From: Balanoglossus misakiensis
Lineage: Eukaryota; Animalia; Hemichordata
DNA: 64,000 bases
Assembly: GCA_040954595.2 (NCBI GenBank)
Contig: CM082586.2
Location: 1,679,124 to 1,743,123 of the forward strand
Reading direction: 5' to 3'
The position numbers were made by a program, and so were the translations under genes. Of this stretch, positions 1 through 12,200 are shown piece by piece (within the stretch, counting starts at the first letter, position 1; every line of letters starts with the position of its first letter). The notes under the pieces are model-generated. The model was given only the letters and a program-made list of their open reading frames with translations, searched no databases and was not told the DNA's origin.

Positions 1-188
1 CGAGACATACGACTGAACAAATTAGACACTGATTGTGTAAACAATACATAGACATCAAATATCCTAACTTGTGGTATTATGGTATGGGTGATATCGGAAA
101 ATGGTGTCTTGGGATAGACGGAGCATGCTGGCATCAAAAACAAAACAACACAACATACAATGGCAAAATACCATCTACGTTTCCTTAC

Positions 189-2713
189 CTGGTTTTCTGA
201 CAGTGTTTTAAGAGCTGTGACTACGTAGTATCCAACGCGACTGTTCTGAGTGTGTTTCCTGCTCAAGATGTAGTTGGCCAACATTACAACTTTCTCCTGG
301 AGAGAGGACAGAGGAAAAAACACATCAATTGAATATATTACATTGTTGGTTACAGGTGAAAGCAAAATTTTTCTGTGATCATTTTGACGTCTTACCTCTG
401 TGATTGTCGGTGCCTTCTTTGCCTTCTCTGCCAATTTGTACGCTCCATCAATAAACAGTGATGTCACACTGAGGCCTCCTTCAAACTGTGGAAAGAAAAA
501 GTTCAATTATTTGAAAAAATTCCTTTTATTTTTATTGACTGGATATATCAGACATCCATAAGCAAAAATGGGTGTGAAAGATGAACATTGCACTTTATAC
601 TCTCAGACATGATACCCACATCCCCGGAATGTGATTTGAGAGAACTGACCTGCATATATAAGTCATCAATTTCATCAGCCTGGGCTATGAGATCTTCAAC
701 CGAGTCTACATACACATTGACGTCAGACTCTGCTGACAACTGTGATGCTATGTGTAAGGCATATACTGAGCTGCAAGATAAAAACAATACATGAGGTTAA
801 TCCATCATCTCAGGCTTACATTGCAGTATTTCACAGCAATTGTCCTGTCCACTCACATTCTCATTTCAAATTTAGTACAGACACCAATGCCCAGAACTAT
901 GCCTACCTGAGTAAGCTGTCATCTTTTTTCAAGGCAGCTTCCAGTGCCTTCAAGACATCAGCAGAATTAACTGTGGGGTAAAGATAGATTTGAAGAAATC
1001 ACTTATTCTATATGAGAAACTGGGGAAAGTATGTTGTGTGTGTGATTTCTTGGCATACTTACATTTTACTCCTAAGTTTGTGAGTGCAGAGACTGCATAG
1101 AAAAGAGATGCCACATCTGAACTCTCGTTGATTGCTCCTGTCAACACTTGCTTTGCTTCAGAAAGTGTCAGCTGAAACAGAGAATAAATAGAATCATAAG
1201 CACAATTCTCAGCCCTGCTTTCACTCAAACGTTTATGTCCCAAACACCCTGTAATTTACACAAGTTATAATAAGGTACACACTTACCTGGCAATTGGTCA
1301 GAGCTTTGCTTGCTGTTGTAGCATGATATAGCGACTGTACACTATTGCTGTCTACTTTGCTTTTTAGGAAATTACAAACTTCCTAGGATGGGAAAAAAAA
1401 GACAACAACATGATTATTATTATGATTTACCAGGTATTACTACCTGGTATTACTGCCATCAGAAAGTTTTAATTTTATATCAAAAGAATGATTTACACTG
1501 TTTATTTGGCATGAGCAACGCTCAAACCTACCTGTGCATTGGGTACTCCAGCCCCCAGTAATTTTAGACCCAGTATGGAATAATGTGCACTGGCGATATC
1601 TGAGAAAGGCTGGGCACTTTCAAAGATGGTTTTCAGCCTGGCCTGGTCCCCGGCTGTCAGTACAGACGTCGGCGTCAGTGCCTGACCGACCACGGCAAAC
1701 ATTAACAGAGACAACACAAATGCACCTGGGGGATTAAAAAAAATCAAAAGTGTATAAGAACAGAAATAAAGAGAATTTTATAATGTAATAAAGTTAGTTT
1801 CAGATATTAAAATTATGTTTAGCTGTTGAAACAAGCATATACTGAACATTCAAAGGGTGTATATCTAATTAATATTTATTTACATCTATGGTAATTTGAA
1901 TTTTATTATACCATATGCTAAATATAACACGGGAATGTCCTATAGTATACAATGTAATAATTCACTTGGTGCCAATTGCATTAATCTATTTTCTGTGTAG
2001 TAAACATGCACCACAATAAATCAGATTTAGATCAATAACATAGTGTAAACAACTATTCTGCACAATACTGACCTAAGGTCACCAACATGATTTAGCAAAA
2101 GTTAAAACCACCTGTCCTGCAATTCACACCACAAGATAATCAACAATGCTTCCTTATACTATATAACCAATCGCAGGTTACACTTTCTTTAATGTCCCGA
2201 AAGAAATATCGCAACACGGTGTTTTTTAACTACCGGAAGTACATGACGACAATTATCAGGTAACGGTAATAAATCCACGCTCCGTACACGATGTCGCTTT
2301 CTTGGTTTCATTTCAAGTTCCATTTCAACAAGAACTGAAAGTACCATGTTTTATCATAGACCTCTTTAAAACCAAATAAAACTTTCATCTTCCGATCATC
2401 ACAGCATATTTATTCCCCGTCAACCGAGCGTTGCCACAGACGCCCGCACAGAAGCATTGTTTTCAGAATACATTGTTCAATAAGGTCAGTGATCCCATCC
2501 CGTAACGCTATTACACGTGGCAAATGATAGCGTAAAGGAGTACTTCCTACTCAGAAATAGCTATTTTGATGAATCCACATACATTTTGGAAGGTTTTGGT
2601 CTTGTCGGAGCGATATAACATATATTTATGATCGCGCCTGGGCCAATATTAAAAGCACTACATCAGCGAGTCAATATAAAATTTGCAAGTTTTGAAAACT
2701 TACCCCTAGCCAT
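189..2713 (-). CDS. RPN2: Ribophorin II (oligosaccharyltransferase subunit RPN2), 5' part; gene continues beyond the left edge of the window
   Basis: Exons (minus strand, in transcript order): 2704-2713 (ATG GCT AGG G|gtaag), 1532-1725, 1287-1382, 1063-1171, 907-970, 650-770, 396-485, 189-296. All introns are GT-AG and phases are compatible. The translation has a signal peptide and then ALTPTSVLTAGDQARLK...FSDIASAHYSILGLKLLGAGVP, EVCNFLKSKVDSNSVQSLYHA, VDSVEDLIAQADEIDDLYMQFEGGLSVTSLF, collinear with the RPN2 lumenal N-terminus as I recall it. Confidence 0.93.
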
Positions 2714-3206
2714 TGCTATGCCTTTCAGGTGCACATAAGAAGAGACTGTCATCCGGGAACTTTGTGATCTTTGACCCCTCCCAATCACAGACGCCCACGG
2801 AGCAAACACATAAAACAGTCCAATTCTTGTGTATTACACGAAATATTCTTGAACTTTCGAGCAGCCTGGCTAGAGTAACGAACGAAGGATAGACTCGTGT
2901 CATAAACAATCAAATAATGACCAGAATTAGCTATTTCTCGGTGAAAATTCTAAGTAGGAGGACGCCACCATAGTCGAGGCCCCGATCTCGATTTTTTGCC
3001 TTGCAATGGCAAACGTATTCGATAAAAAGGAAGAAATTTGTACTGAAAAGTTATTATTTAGGTGCAAATAATAACTTGCATGAGTTTTTCTTTGTTATGC
3101 GCACACATCTATGCTGAAAACATTTTTTTTTCTGTTCGAGAGAAAGGTTATCATCCGGGAAACTTTGACCCTATGACCTAGCTCCAGCAACTAGTTTGAA
3201 CTCAAG
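2714..3206. promoter_or_regulatory. Bidirectional promoter shared by RPN2 and SMCHD1
   Basis: The two start codons diverge with 493 bp between them, and the region is CpG-rich relative to both gene bodies. TCATCCGGGAA is repeated at 2749-2759 and 3151-3161, each copy followed by nuclear-receptor-like half sites (TGATCTTTGACCC; TGACCCTATGACCT 3166-3179). A YY1-type AAGATGGCGGC at 3204-3214 overlaps the SMCHD1 ATG. Confidence 0.75.
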
Positions 3207-6200
3207 ATGGCGGCCAAATTGACTAGTCCCACGCCGACATCGTCGGATATCGACGAAGAAGAGACTGTGGTGTACATCTTTGACCGGAGAAAAGGTAGTG
3301 CACCGGAGAAGAAGATACAGCTAGGAGGCATCTTTGATTTCGACTCGTTTCGCAGTAAAGTTTGTGAGGTAGGGGAGTCGCATCATCCAGCGCACTGGCC
3401 TGGTTTATTATGTTTTTGTTTGCATGTGGATAAACACGATCGTGATCATTAGCATGCATGTAGTATTCGACTGCGGTGACAGCATTTCTTTTTTCCCAAT
3501 TCCTCTTAGGTGCTTGGCATTGGCCCGCGAGACAAGTTTGTGATCTCGACCACCAATAGAGTGCAGATCGACGATGATTCTTCTTACGGTGAGTTTTCTG
3601 ATATACACCGCGAGTGAGGAGGAGGGGGGGGGGGGGGTCGAAAGGACAGCCAGGGTCTTCGACCAGGTGTTACGTGCAATACTGCAACACAAGTAGTCAC
3701 GTATTATTTGTGAAATTTATTACCATGCTCGCTTGTTGACCTACCTATTAATTATACCATTTCAGAAAAGTTAGTTACTGTTGATGTTCAGTTTAGTTAT
3801 TACAAATTGTCATAAAGAAACAATAATAATAATATTATTATTCTACTACTGCTAATTATTGTTGTTGTTGTTGTTGTTGTTGTCTTTTAACAGAAGACCT
3901 TATTGATGGTGGAGACACCCTGTATGTGTTGAATCACATGAATCAAGAATTAGCAGCACAAGCCCATGAACGCATTGATTACCTGCCACATTATGACACA
4001 CTGGTCAAAAGTGGCATGTACGAGTATTATGCCAGTGAAGGACAAAACCCTCTGCGTAAGTTATTGATCTTTGTCATCTTTGTGTCAGTAGTTACAATGC
4101 TGGATTTTACTATATGTCTGTGCTAACCAAATAATTATAGGATGATGTCATCAGTTCTCATTCACCAGTATAGCAACTTACTGAATGATGAATCTGTTTC
4201 TCGTTGACAGCGTTTGCATTTGCTGAGCTGATCGACAACTCATTGGCAGCTACAGCCGGCAACATTGGACCAAGATCAATTGAAATCAGGCTGGTGAGTT
4301 GTCTGTTTGTTAAATATCCAATAGCAATGCAAAATTGCTATATCTCATATGGCAATTCACATCACTCATTCACTGATCCCTTGATACAGTTGCAGACTTC
4401 CTTATTGTCTTGGTCATTTCGGTTCACAGTTCCTGGATGAATCACCCGCCAAGAATCAGATCTGTGTTATTGACAACGGCTGTGGTATGACATCCAGGCA
4501 GCTCAATAACTGGGCAATCTACAGACTCTCTAAGTTCATCAGGAAAGAAAAGAAAGGGTGAGAATAATTTTCAATGTGAACTTAGCTTTACTAGGGAGTA
4601 TGAAAGTTTTGCTTGTTAAGTGAACAGATACTGCAACACAAAACAGAGATATATTCAATGTGTTCTTTTCACAATACAGACAACTACAACAAATTCCAAG
4701 CAACCTTCCAAACTTCGCCCAAGAAGTACCCAGGTCCCTAAACAGTGATATCTCCTACTTTGGTGTGGGCGGAAAGCAGGCTATTTTCTTCATCGGACAT
4801 TCAACACGGGTAAGTAGCTGTAGTAAGTATATGTTATCAAGCACCCATGCCTTTCAGATAATGCTTGTGCCTTTTGATGGAAAGAGACACCATCTTCTAC
4901 CAGAGTAAACACTTGAGCCTACCAAAACCAATGTCATTGGGGTTATTTCATTCTCTGCCCCCCCCCCCCCCCCAGATGATATCCAAACCAGTGGAATCCA
5001 AGGATGTCCATGAGTTGACTATTTCCAAGGAGGAGTTTGAAAGGAGAGAGAAAAACAGAGAAGCCATCTACAGTGGCTACATCAGAAATCGAAAGGTAAA
5101 AAAAAAATTATATTAAGAAACTGTTCTTGAATGGCATTACATGTAAACAGGGAACATCTGGTAGGGCACTTTACCATAAAATAAAATGAAATGTATGAAG
5201 ACCCATTTTCAGAGAACTTGCTTAGTGTTGCCCTAAATGCGAAACCTGCATTGAAGACATCTGTGTCTCGTTCTCAGCCGGGAGACAGCAGTCACGTTGC
5301 ACCGGAAGACGAAATAGTGCACAATCTAATCAAGGAAGAGCTGAGTAAACGCAGCTTCACTGCAGTCATCATCAACGGCATCAGTACGCAGCACATACAG
5401 TATCTCAGGAATGACTTCAGAGGCTGGTGTCGACACATGGCGTAAGTGGGCATCCCTTCTACTGCTTGTAGTGTTTGTGAACTGAGAAAGACACCCATGG
5501 CTGTTGCCAGGTGCTTTTCATTGCAAGTATGGATCCTGAGCATAGCATCCATGCTTGTCTTAAGACTAACAGACAAAATTCGACAATAACGGTCAATCCA
5601 TTGCATTTGCAGACACATATACCACTACTACATTCACGGCCCCCGGGGGAACGAGGAGAAGACCGTCGGCAGCTACAGACCCGGCAGTCCCTTCAAAAAC
5701 CTTGACATTGAGATTGTGCTGTACGACAAAGGCAAGCAACCGAAACAGGTCAACCTCCGAGACATCAGCGATGACATGCAGACGAGATACATCCGGTCGT
5801 CCGCTGACTCGTTTGAGTTCAAAGCGGTGGTCGAGGGGACGGGAATCGTGGAAGGCATCATCCGATATCATCCATTTCTGTATGATAGGGAAACATTTCC
5901 CAGTGATTACAATGGACCCAAGGGTAAGTTTTGGGGCACTCTCCTGTGTGTGTGTGTTGGGTGGGGGGAGGGGTGGGGAGGGACTGTCTCTGGTCCTGTA
6001 ATATCCTTGGTGTACGAATTTCAAGTTCAACTGCACATGCTGTAAACCCTGTACCACTTGCCTCGTACCACCCCCAGTCACCATAGACGTCCGTGTTTGC
6101 AGGACTCTCTTTTCTCTCTAAAGTTGATGTAGATTTTGAATACGAAGATGTCTACATGGAAGACAAGCCAGCCAGGGGGAGCAGACCGGTATTTGAGTGT

Positions 6201-9200
6201 TACTGGAATGGTAGGCTCATACCATATTCGTTTGTATACGAGTAAGTTTTGTTCTCCTTATTCAGATGTTTAACATATCCTGTGAAATGATGTGGCATCT
6301 CAACACACTGACATTACAATTCAGTTGTTCATCACAATCACCATTCTGACACCCTGTAGTTTTGACTGGTGTGCCGTCCCCAAGAAGAGAGGCCCGGTGC
6401 CCATCGAGTGTTACAACAGACTGTCTGGCGTCCTGTGGACGAACGACAAGTTCCAAGTCAGTACTAACAAGCTCACCTTTCTAGACTTAGAGATGAAACT
6501 GAAGGATAAGAACACTGTCTTCTACCGTATTGTGCAGGGTCAGGTAAGTACTATGCAGCAAGTTGTGTGAAAAGTTCCTTATTTGTTGTATTTCTAATGT
6601 ATCACATTATACATTGTGATGAGAATCCTATCATAATTTCAATAGTGTTATATGGGATGCTTTGTTTTCAGCAACAAAGAGTGAAAATTGAGAGGGCGTT
6701 CACAGAATGGCTGAAAGAATGCCATGAGACACAGGACAAACAAGTCATGTTCATGGATTACCAAGGTTCCGTCAGCCGGCCAGAAATCCCAGTGAAAAGG
6801 CACCAGTCACCATGGGCAGTGTATAATGCCATTGAGTGGGACGCCAAGGTCTTTGAGAAAGGCCAGCTGGTGAGTAAGATGATGAGAGTGACTTTAGAAC
6901 TATGAGTATGTGATCAGTTGGTGACCAAAAGATAACGTGTGGATTCACAAGGAAAACTTTGGTGTATTGTGAGTAGTATAAAACATTGACTCAAGCCAAA
7001 TGTTGATTTCCAAAAAATTTGCCCTTGGATGTAAATGAACAACATACTTATTGCAGTCATCAAATTTCATACCAGTTCCTATTAAAATCGTGTTTTATTT
7101 TGTGATTTGTTTAGGTACGAAGCATCCGAACCAACCCTATTATTTACGGCACTATAAAGAGAATTCTGCTGTTTGGGCATCACGAAGGTGATGTCTTTGC
7201 CACGGGCGGGGAGATGGAAATAATTCAGGTAATTTATCAATATTTTTCAATGATTAGAACATTTCCTAGATACTTGATGCTGACCTATGACCCTGTAGAA
7301 TTTAGGGAGACCCCCTATGTGCATACCAGTATTGACTTGAGAAGTTATACTACAACAGAGATTATTTTCAATTTCAGGAACCACAATTGTTGTATGATGA
7401 AATCAAGGTTGTACCACTGACCAAACTGGACAGGGTTGCACCGAAGAGTGCGTTGAAGAGATACATTGAGGAAGAAGAGGGGAGGTAAATGAATGAAACA
7501 GTCTTAGATTTTCAAATACATGTACTACCTACGTGACATGAATGAACATACACGTTTAAATGGGAAGTGTGATATTGTCATAATTTAGTAAGTTGATCAT
7601 GTACTTGATTTTTCCCAGACTTCCAGAGAAACTAGTGGTATCTTGGCCGGAAGGAGATTCAGTCATTCCAAATGAGAAGCGAGCAGCTGGCAAGACAGTA
7701 GGTGAGTGGAAGGATGTTGCAGTGGCCAAATGGTCAAAATAAATGTGTGTGAAACACTGTGTTGTTAATACATGAAAACTATGACAATCTGCAATTTTTA
7801 CAGTTCAGTTTGTTTTTTTCCTGAATTAATTTAGGTGCCATTCAAGTCGAAATCCACAACCGCAAAGGGGAGTCCATTTCCAGACTTCCAGGTTCCATCC
7901 ATGCTTCCAAGAAACTACTCACGGAACTGAAAATCATCTGGCATGGTAAGGAAATGGTTTTAGTTAATAAGGCATGAGATACATTGTATACTAGTATGTT
8001 ACAATAATTTATTTTGTCTTTTGCTTTGTTTTCATCAGCTCCACATGGCAATGAGGAAATTGTGTCTCACATCAGTCAACACGGCAAAGCATGGGGATAC
8101 TGGTTCAGGAAAATGGGTAAGGATTAAAACATTCCATCTTCTGGCCATGTAATTGATTTTTAAAACTAAAAAGTTCAAGGTTACACTGGTCTTGATCACC
8201 ATGGTAATATTTGTGTTCTTGATTTTTTTTCTCCAGAGAATGTTAAGAACTTAGGCTACCACACACTGAAGCTGCAAGTGGTCCTCAATGAAAGTGGTGC
8301 AAAAGAGTTTGGTGGGAAACAGTTACCGAGTCTCAAGATGAAGTTTCTGGTCACAGGTAACTAGGGTGTGATTTGACATGGTTAGGTTGCTTTTATAGTC
8401 AAGTGAAAACGCTGTAATATTTTCAACTGATTGCTGCAATAACTTCTTTTTGTTTCTTTGAACTTCAGAGGCAGCACCAGCCAAGTTCAGTCTTGGCATG
8501 ATGGACCCTCCCTTCAGAATGGGCGAGCCGTTCGATATACCTCTTGAGATCCACGACGAGTTTGGACACCCGACAAAGCCCTCTGGGGATCTCAAACCAA
8601 AGCTAGAAGCAAGGTGAGAGTGGTTGTTCATCAGTTTGGTGTGGATAGATGTTGAGTGCATTGTGTATATACAGAGTGGATTACTTACATTATCTATATG
8701 CTCATTTCAAATCTCATATCTTTTGACTGTATTACATTTTCGACAGTGGGCTTGATATTGAGTACAAAGGCCTGCAGAGTAAAGGCACCAGCCTCATAGT
8801 GAAAGGAGTGACAGCGCATGGTGTTGTTGGTTCCCATCAGGGCAACTCATTTCATTTCAAAGTAACACTGCCAGGGATTGAGGAACCCACACAAACACTG
8901 AAGATCCGACTACAGCCTGGTGAGTTTGTGTACAACAGATGATAACTATTAGAGTGTACAAGGCAGATGCTGTGAATGTGAAATAGTCCTTGGCTTAGAA
9001 TAGCATGAGTGTGACAATTACACTCATTCTACATGTGTACAATCTCTTATGCCATGTGGTTGTGTCTCTATATAGGTCCACCATGTTCCCTTCATATCAC
9101 AAGGCCAGCACATGAAGACGAGGAGTTAGAGATTGAGAATGGAAGGTCACTGTCCTTGGACGTTGAAGTCAAAGATAAAGCCGGCAATACAACTATCTAT

Positions 9201-12200
9201 CCAAGACTCAATGTTTTGTGCAAGGTAGATTTTCTCAGTCTAGTTATGTTAATATTATTGTCAGTGCACGGTCATATCAAACAATAACAATAAATCTTGG
9301 TCTAAAGTTTGCTACAGTAGACAGTTCAGATTCAAAGGTGACACAGTAAGATATTTTTTTTTCTTATAGCTGATGGGAGCACCAGATCTGCCCTCATTCA
9401 GTGCAGACTGCAGCCATACGGGTAAAGCTACACTCACATGTAATAATGTAAATATCAGGGACTTCACACAGGACCTAAGACTTACCGCCAGGGTAGAATT
9501 ACAGGTAAGTTGGTGTCATCATTAAAACACCCCCTGCAATGGACAATTTCCTGAACTCCAAGAAACTCTAGTATGAGATCAGAATTTATTTATTAGGGAT
9601 TTTTTTTAACTTGACAGCACTACAAGGAGATTCCATATCAGGAGAGGGGGGTCCGTGTCACACCCAGTACTAGAGTTGCCAGCATGGATGTCTTCTACAT
9701 GGACGCCAATGGAGAGGAGTTTAAACTGAAAAACCAACAGGACGTCATTTGCACTGTCGGAGAACTATTGACAGGACTTAGTAAGTTCAAATCACATGTG
9801 GTTATGTTTGTCTGCTTTTAGAAAGATCTGGTGGTTTTGCTGATTTGAAATTAAACCTTTGACTGATGTTTTGACTTGCAGCGTACAAACTCTACGATGA
9901 AGGATCGCGCATCCTGAAGATCACGCCGGAACTGGCTGGCAAAATCCGGTTGAACTGGACGCCCAAGTACAACAGGGAACTTCTCCTCAAGGGGCAGTTG
10001 CCAAATATCAAAATTCCCAGCATAGTGACGGAGAACAAATATTGTCAAGTCAGCGTTTCAGAAGGCGATGGTATCGAGTTCTCATTTACATTGAAGTAAG
10101 TTCATATTCAACCACTGAAACAGCCAGATGTCCACCCATTGAAACTGATAACTGCTGCATAGGACATAAGCTTAGTAAACAATAAATTGGTCTCCAGAAA
10201 TGTGTCTTACATGTATCATACATGTATATATCCACCCCATAAACAAACTTACTCAGTATCTGTGGTTTGATTCGTTCGCATACAGACCCAACCCAGGTGA
10301 GCCCACTCAGTTGAAATGCCAATGCAAAGGAAGCAATAAAGTGCCACTAGGCCAGAAGATGGATGGTGATGTTGTCATCTCAATCACGGATTCCCATGGT
10401 AATCCGGTCAGAAAGGTAAGTTGAGGGTCGGAAATGGTCATGTCTACGATCAAATGTGTAACTGAAGAAAGGATAGTGCATAGTGGGTGGAACTTATCAG
10501 TTTTTCATTGAAATTGAAGAGGGCAACTGGTAGCACAATAAGTGACAGACAATTGAAAATAATGGCTTTGTTCTTGTCTATTGTCCTACCAGCTTCCACC
10601 AAAACAGACCCTCGGAGAACTGCAGGTATTTGGAAACGGTTTAGTAATCAGTGAGATGGTGAAGGCACCGTACCAGACACATGGCTTCATCCTGCAGAAC
10701 ATCAAGTTTGCCGACGTCCCTTTGGGGAACACAGAACTGCTTGTCAAGTGGAAGGATTTGTCCGACTATGTGAAGTTGCAGCTTGTGGCCGGACCGCCAG
10801 CCAAAATAGCACTGATGAACATACCCCTCGACCAGGTAAGGAGAGTGTCCCGTGGAGAAATGTACTTTGAGAGAGTGATGACACAACGTAGTACAGCATA
10901 CTTTTCGTTTTTCATGTCCTAATCTAAACTGGCTTCTTTTTCCCCACTCTCCAGCCAATACTGGTGTACAATGATTCCAAACTAGAGAAACCTCTGATCC
11001 TGCAGCTGTGTGACGAGGCTCATAACCCGACCACCGATCCCAACGCCAAGGTTCTGCTTGGTAAAGACCCTGGCATAAAGGTGAGGTTGACCACCACTTG
11101 AGGGCACTGTGTTCAATTTAGCCAATGAGGAGATGACCCCCCTCCCATGCAGTTTCACAACTAACATGGCACATGGATTTTATCTTTTTCCAGATAACAC
11201 CTTCCCCACAACAAATGAAAGCCGATTCTCTCGGGAGAGTCAACTTCGGCAGATTCCAAGTCAACGCAGAAAAGTAAGTGTATCAGTCACTGTTCAAAGG
11301 GTGATATGGCATCCTATTCTGACAGTTTTGTGTCAGTGGTAATTATTACTATTCACCTTTACAGAGGTCAGTACATGTTGAAGCCGAAAGCCCTGATTGG
11401 TCGGGTGGGAATACAGGGACCAGTGATCACTATCAAGGTGCAACCAGACCCTGGCAAAGCGATGGCTTTGAGCGTGGATTATGACAGGAATGCCGAGTTT
11501 GTAGCTGGGGAGACCTTCCCAGGTAAGAAGAGTTTTCACTATTAGCTGCAAGTTCTTTTACCTTGAGAGAGAGCGAGAAAAATGGTAGCCAGAAAAATGC
11601 TCTGCCAGACTTCCCAACATTTCCTTCTAAATTTTTCTCAACTAACTTCCTGACTTTCCCTTCGTAATTCTCCCAGACTTCACTGTGAATGTGCTGGCCG
11701 AAGACGGCAGCAGTATCACCACGGCAGATAGCAAAAATATCCAGATGAAAGTCTGGCAACCGGGAAGAGACCACGATTCCAGACCACCGGATAAGTGTCT
11801 GACATTTCCCCCAGAGGCCGGGAAACCCAACGACAGAAAGGGCATCTTTTACTTCAGGTAAAAACAATAGTATTATGCTGGATCTTTGTAGTACCTTGAC
11901 AAGTTCCCGGGGGAAATCTTGCGTGGTTCGAGATTCTGAAACAATTCCTGGAGATACCTGGAAAATTGACGTATGCTACTGGAAAATTACAGCCTATGCT
12001 AAGACATTGTTTTTCCATTGCAGGTCGAAGAAAATCCCGGAAAGATCAGGAATGCACCAACTTCTCTTCCAGTACAGTGATAACAGGTCAACCATTAATA
12101 GTAACATGGTGAGTTTTCCTCTTTCCATCTTTCCACTGGCAAGAGTCTTGAAATGCCCAGTGGCAATATTGATACCCACACTGCCATGAATTAAATTCTG

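Noticed and set aside
5593-6084. Long antisense ORFs over SMCHD1, CRAL-TRIO and Osr exons (e.g. 5593-6084, 11433-11867, 18169-18504, 26946-27371)
   Set aside because: Shadow frames of real GC3-rich coding exons on the opposite strand.
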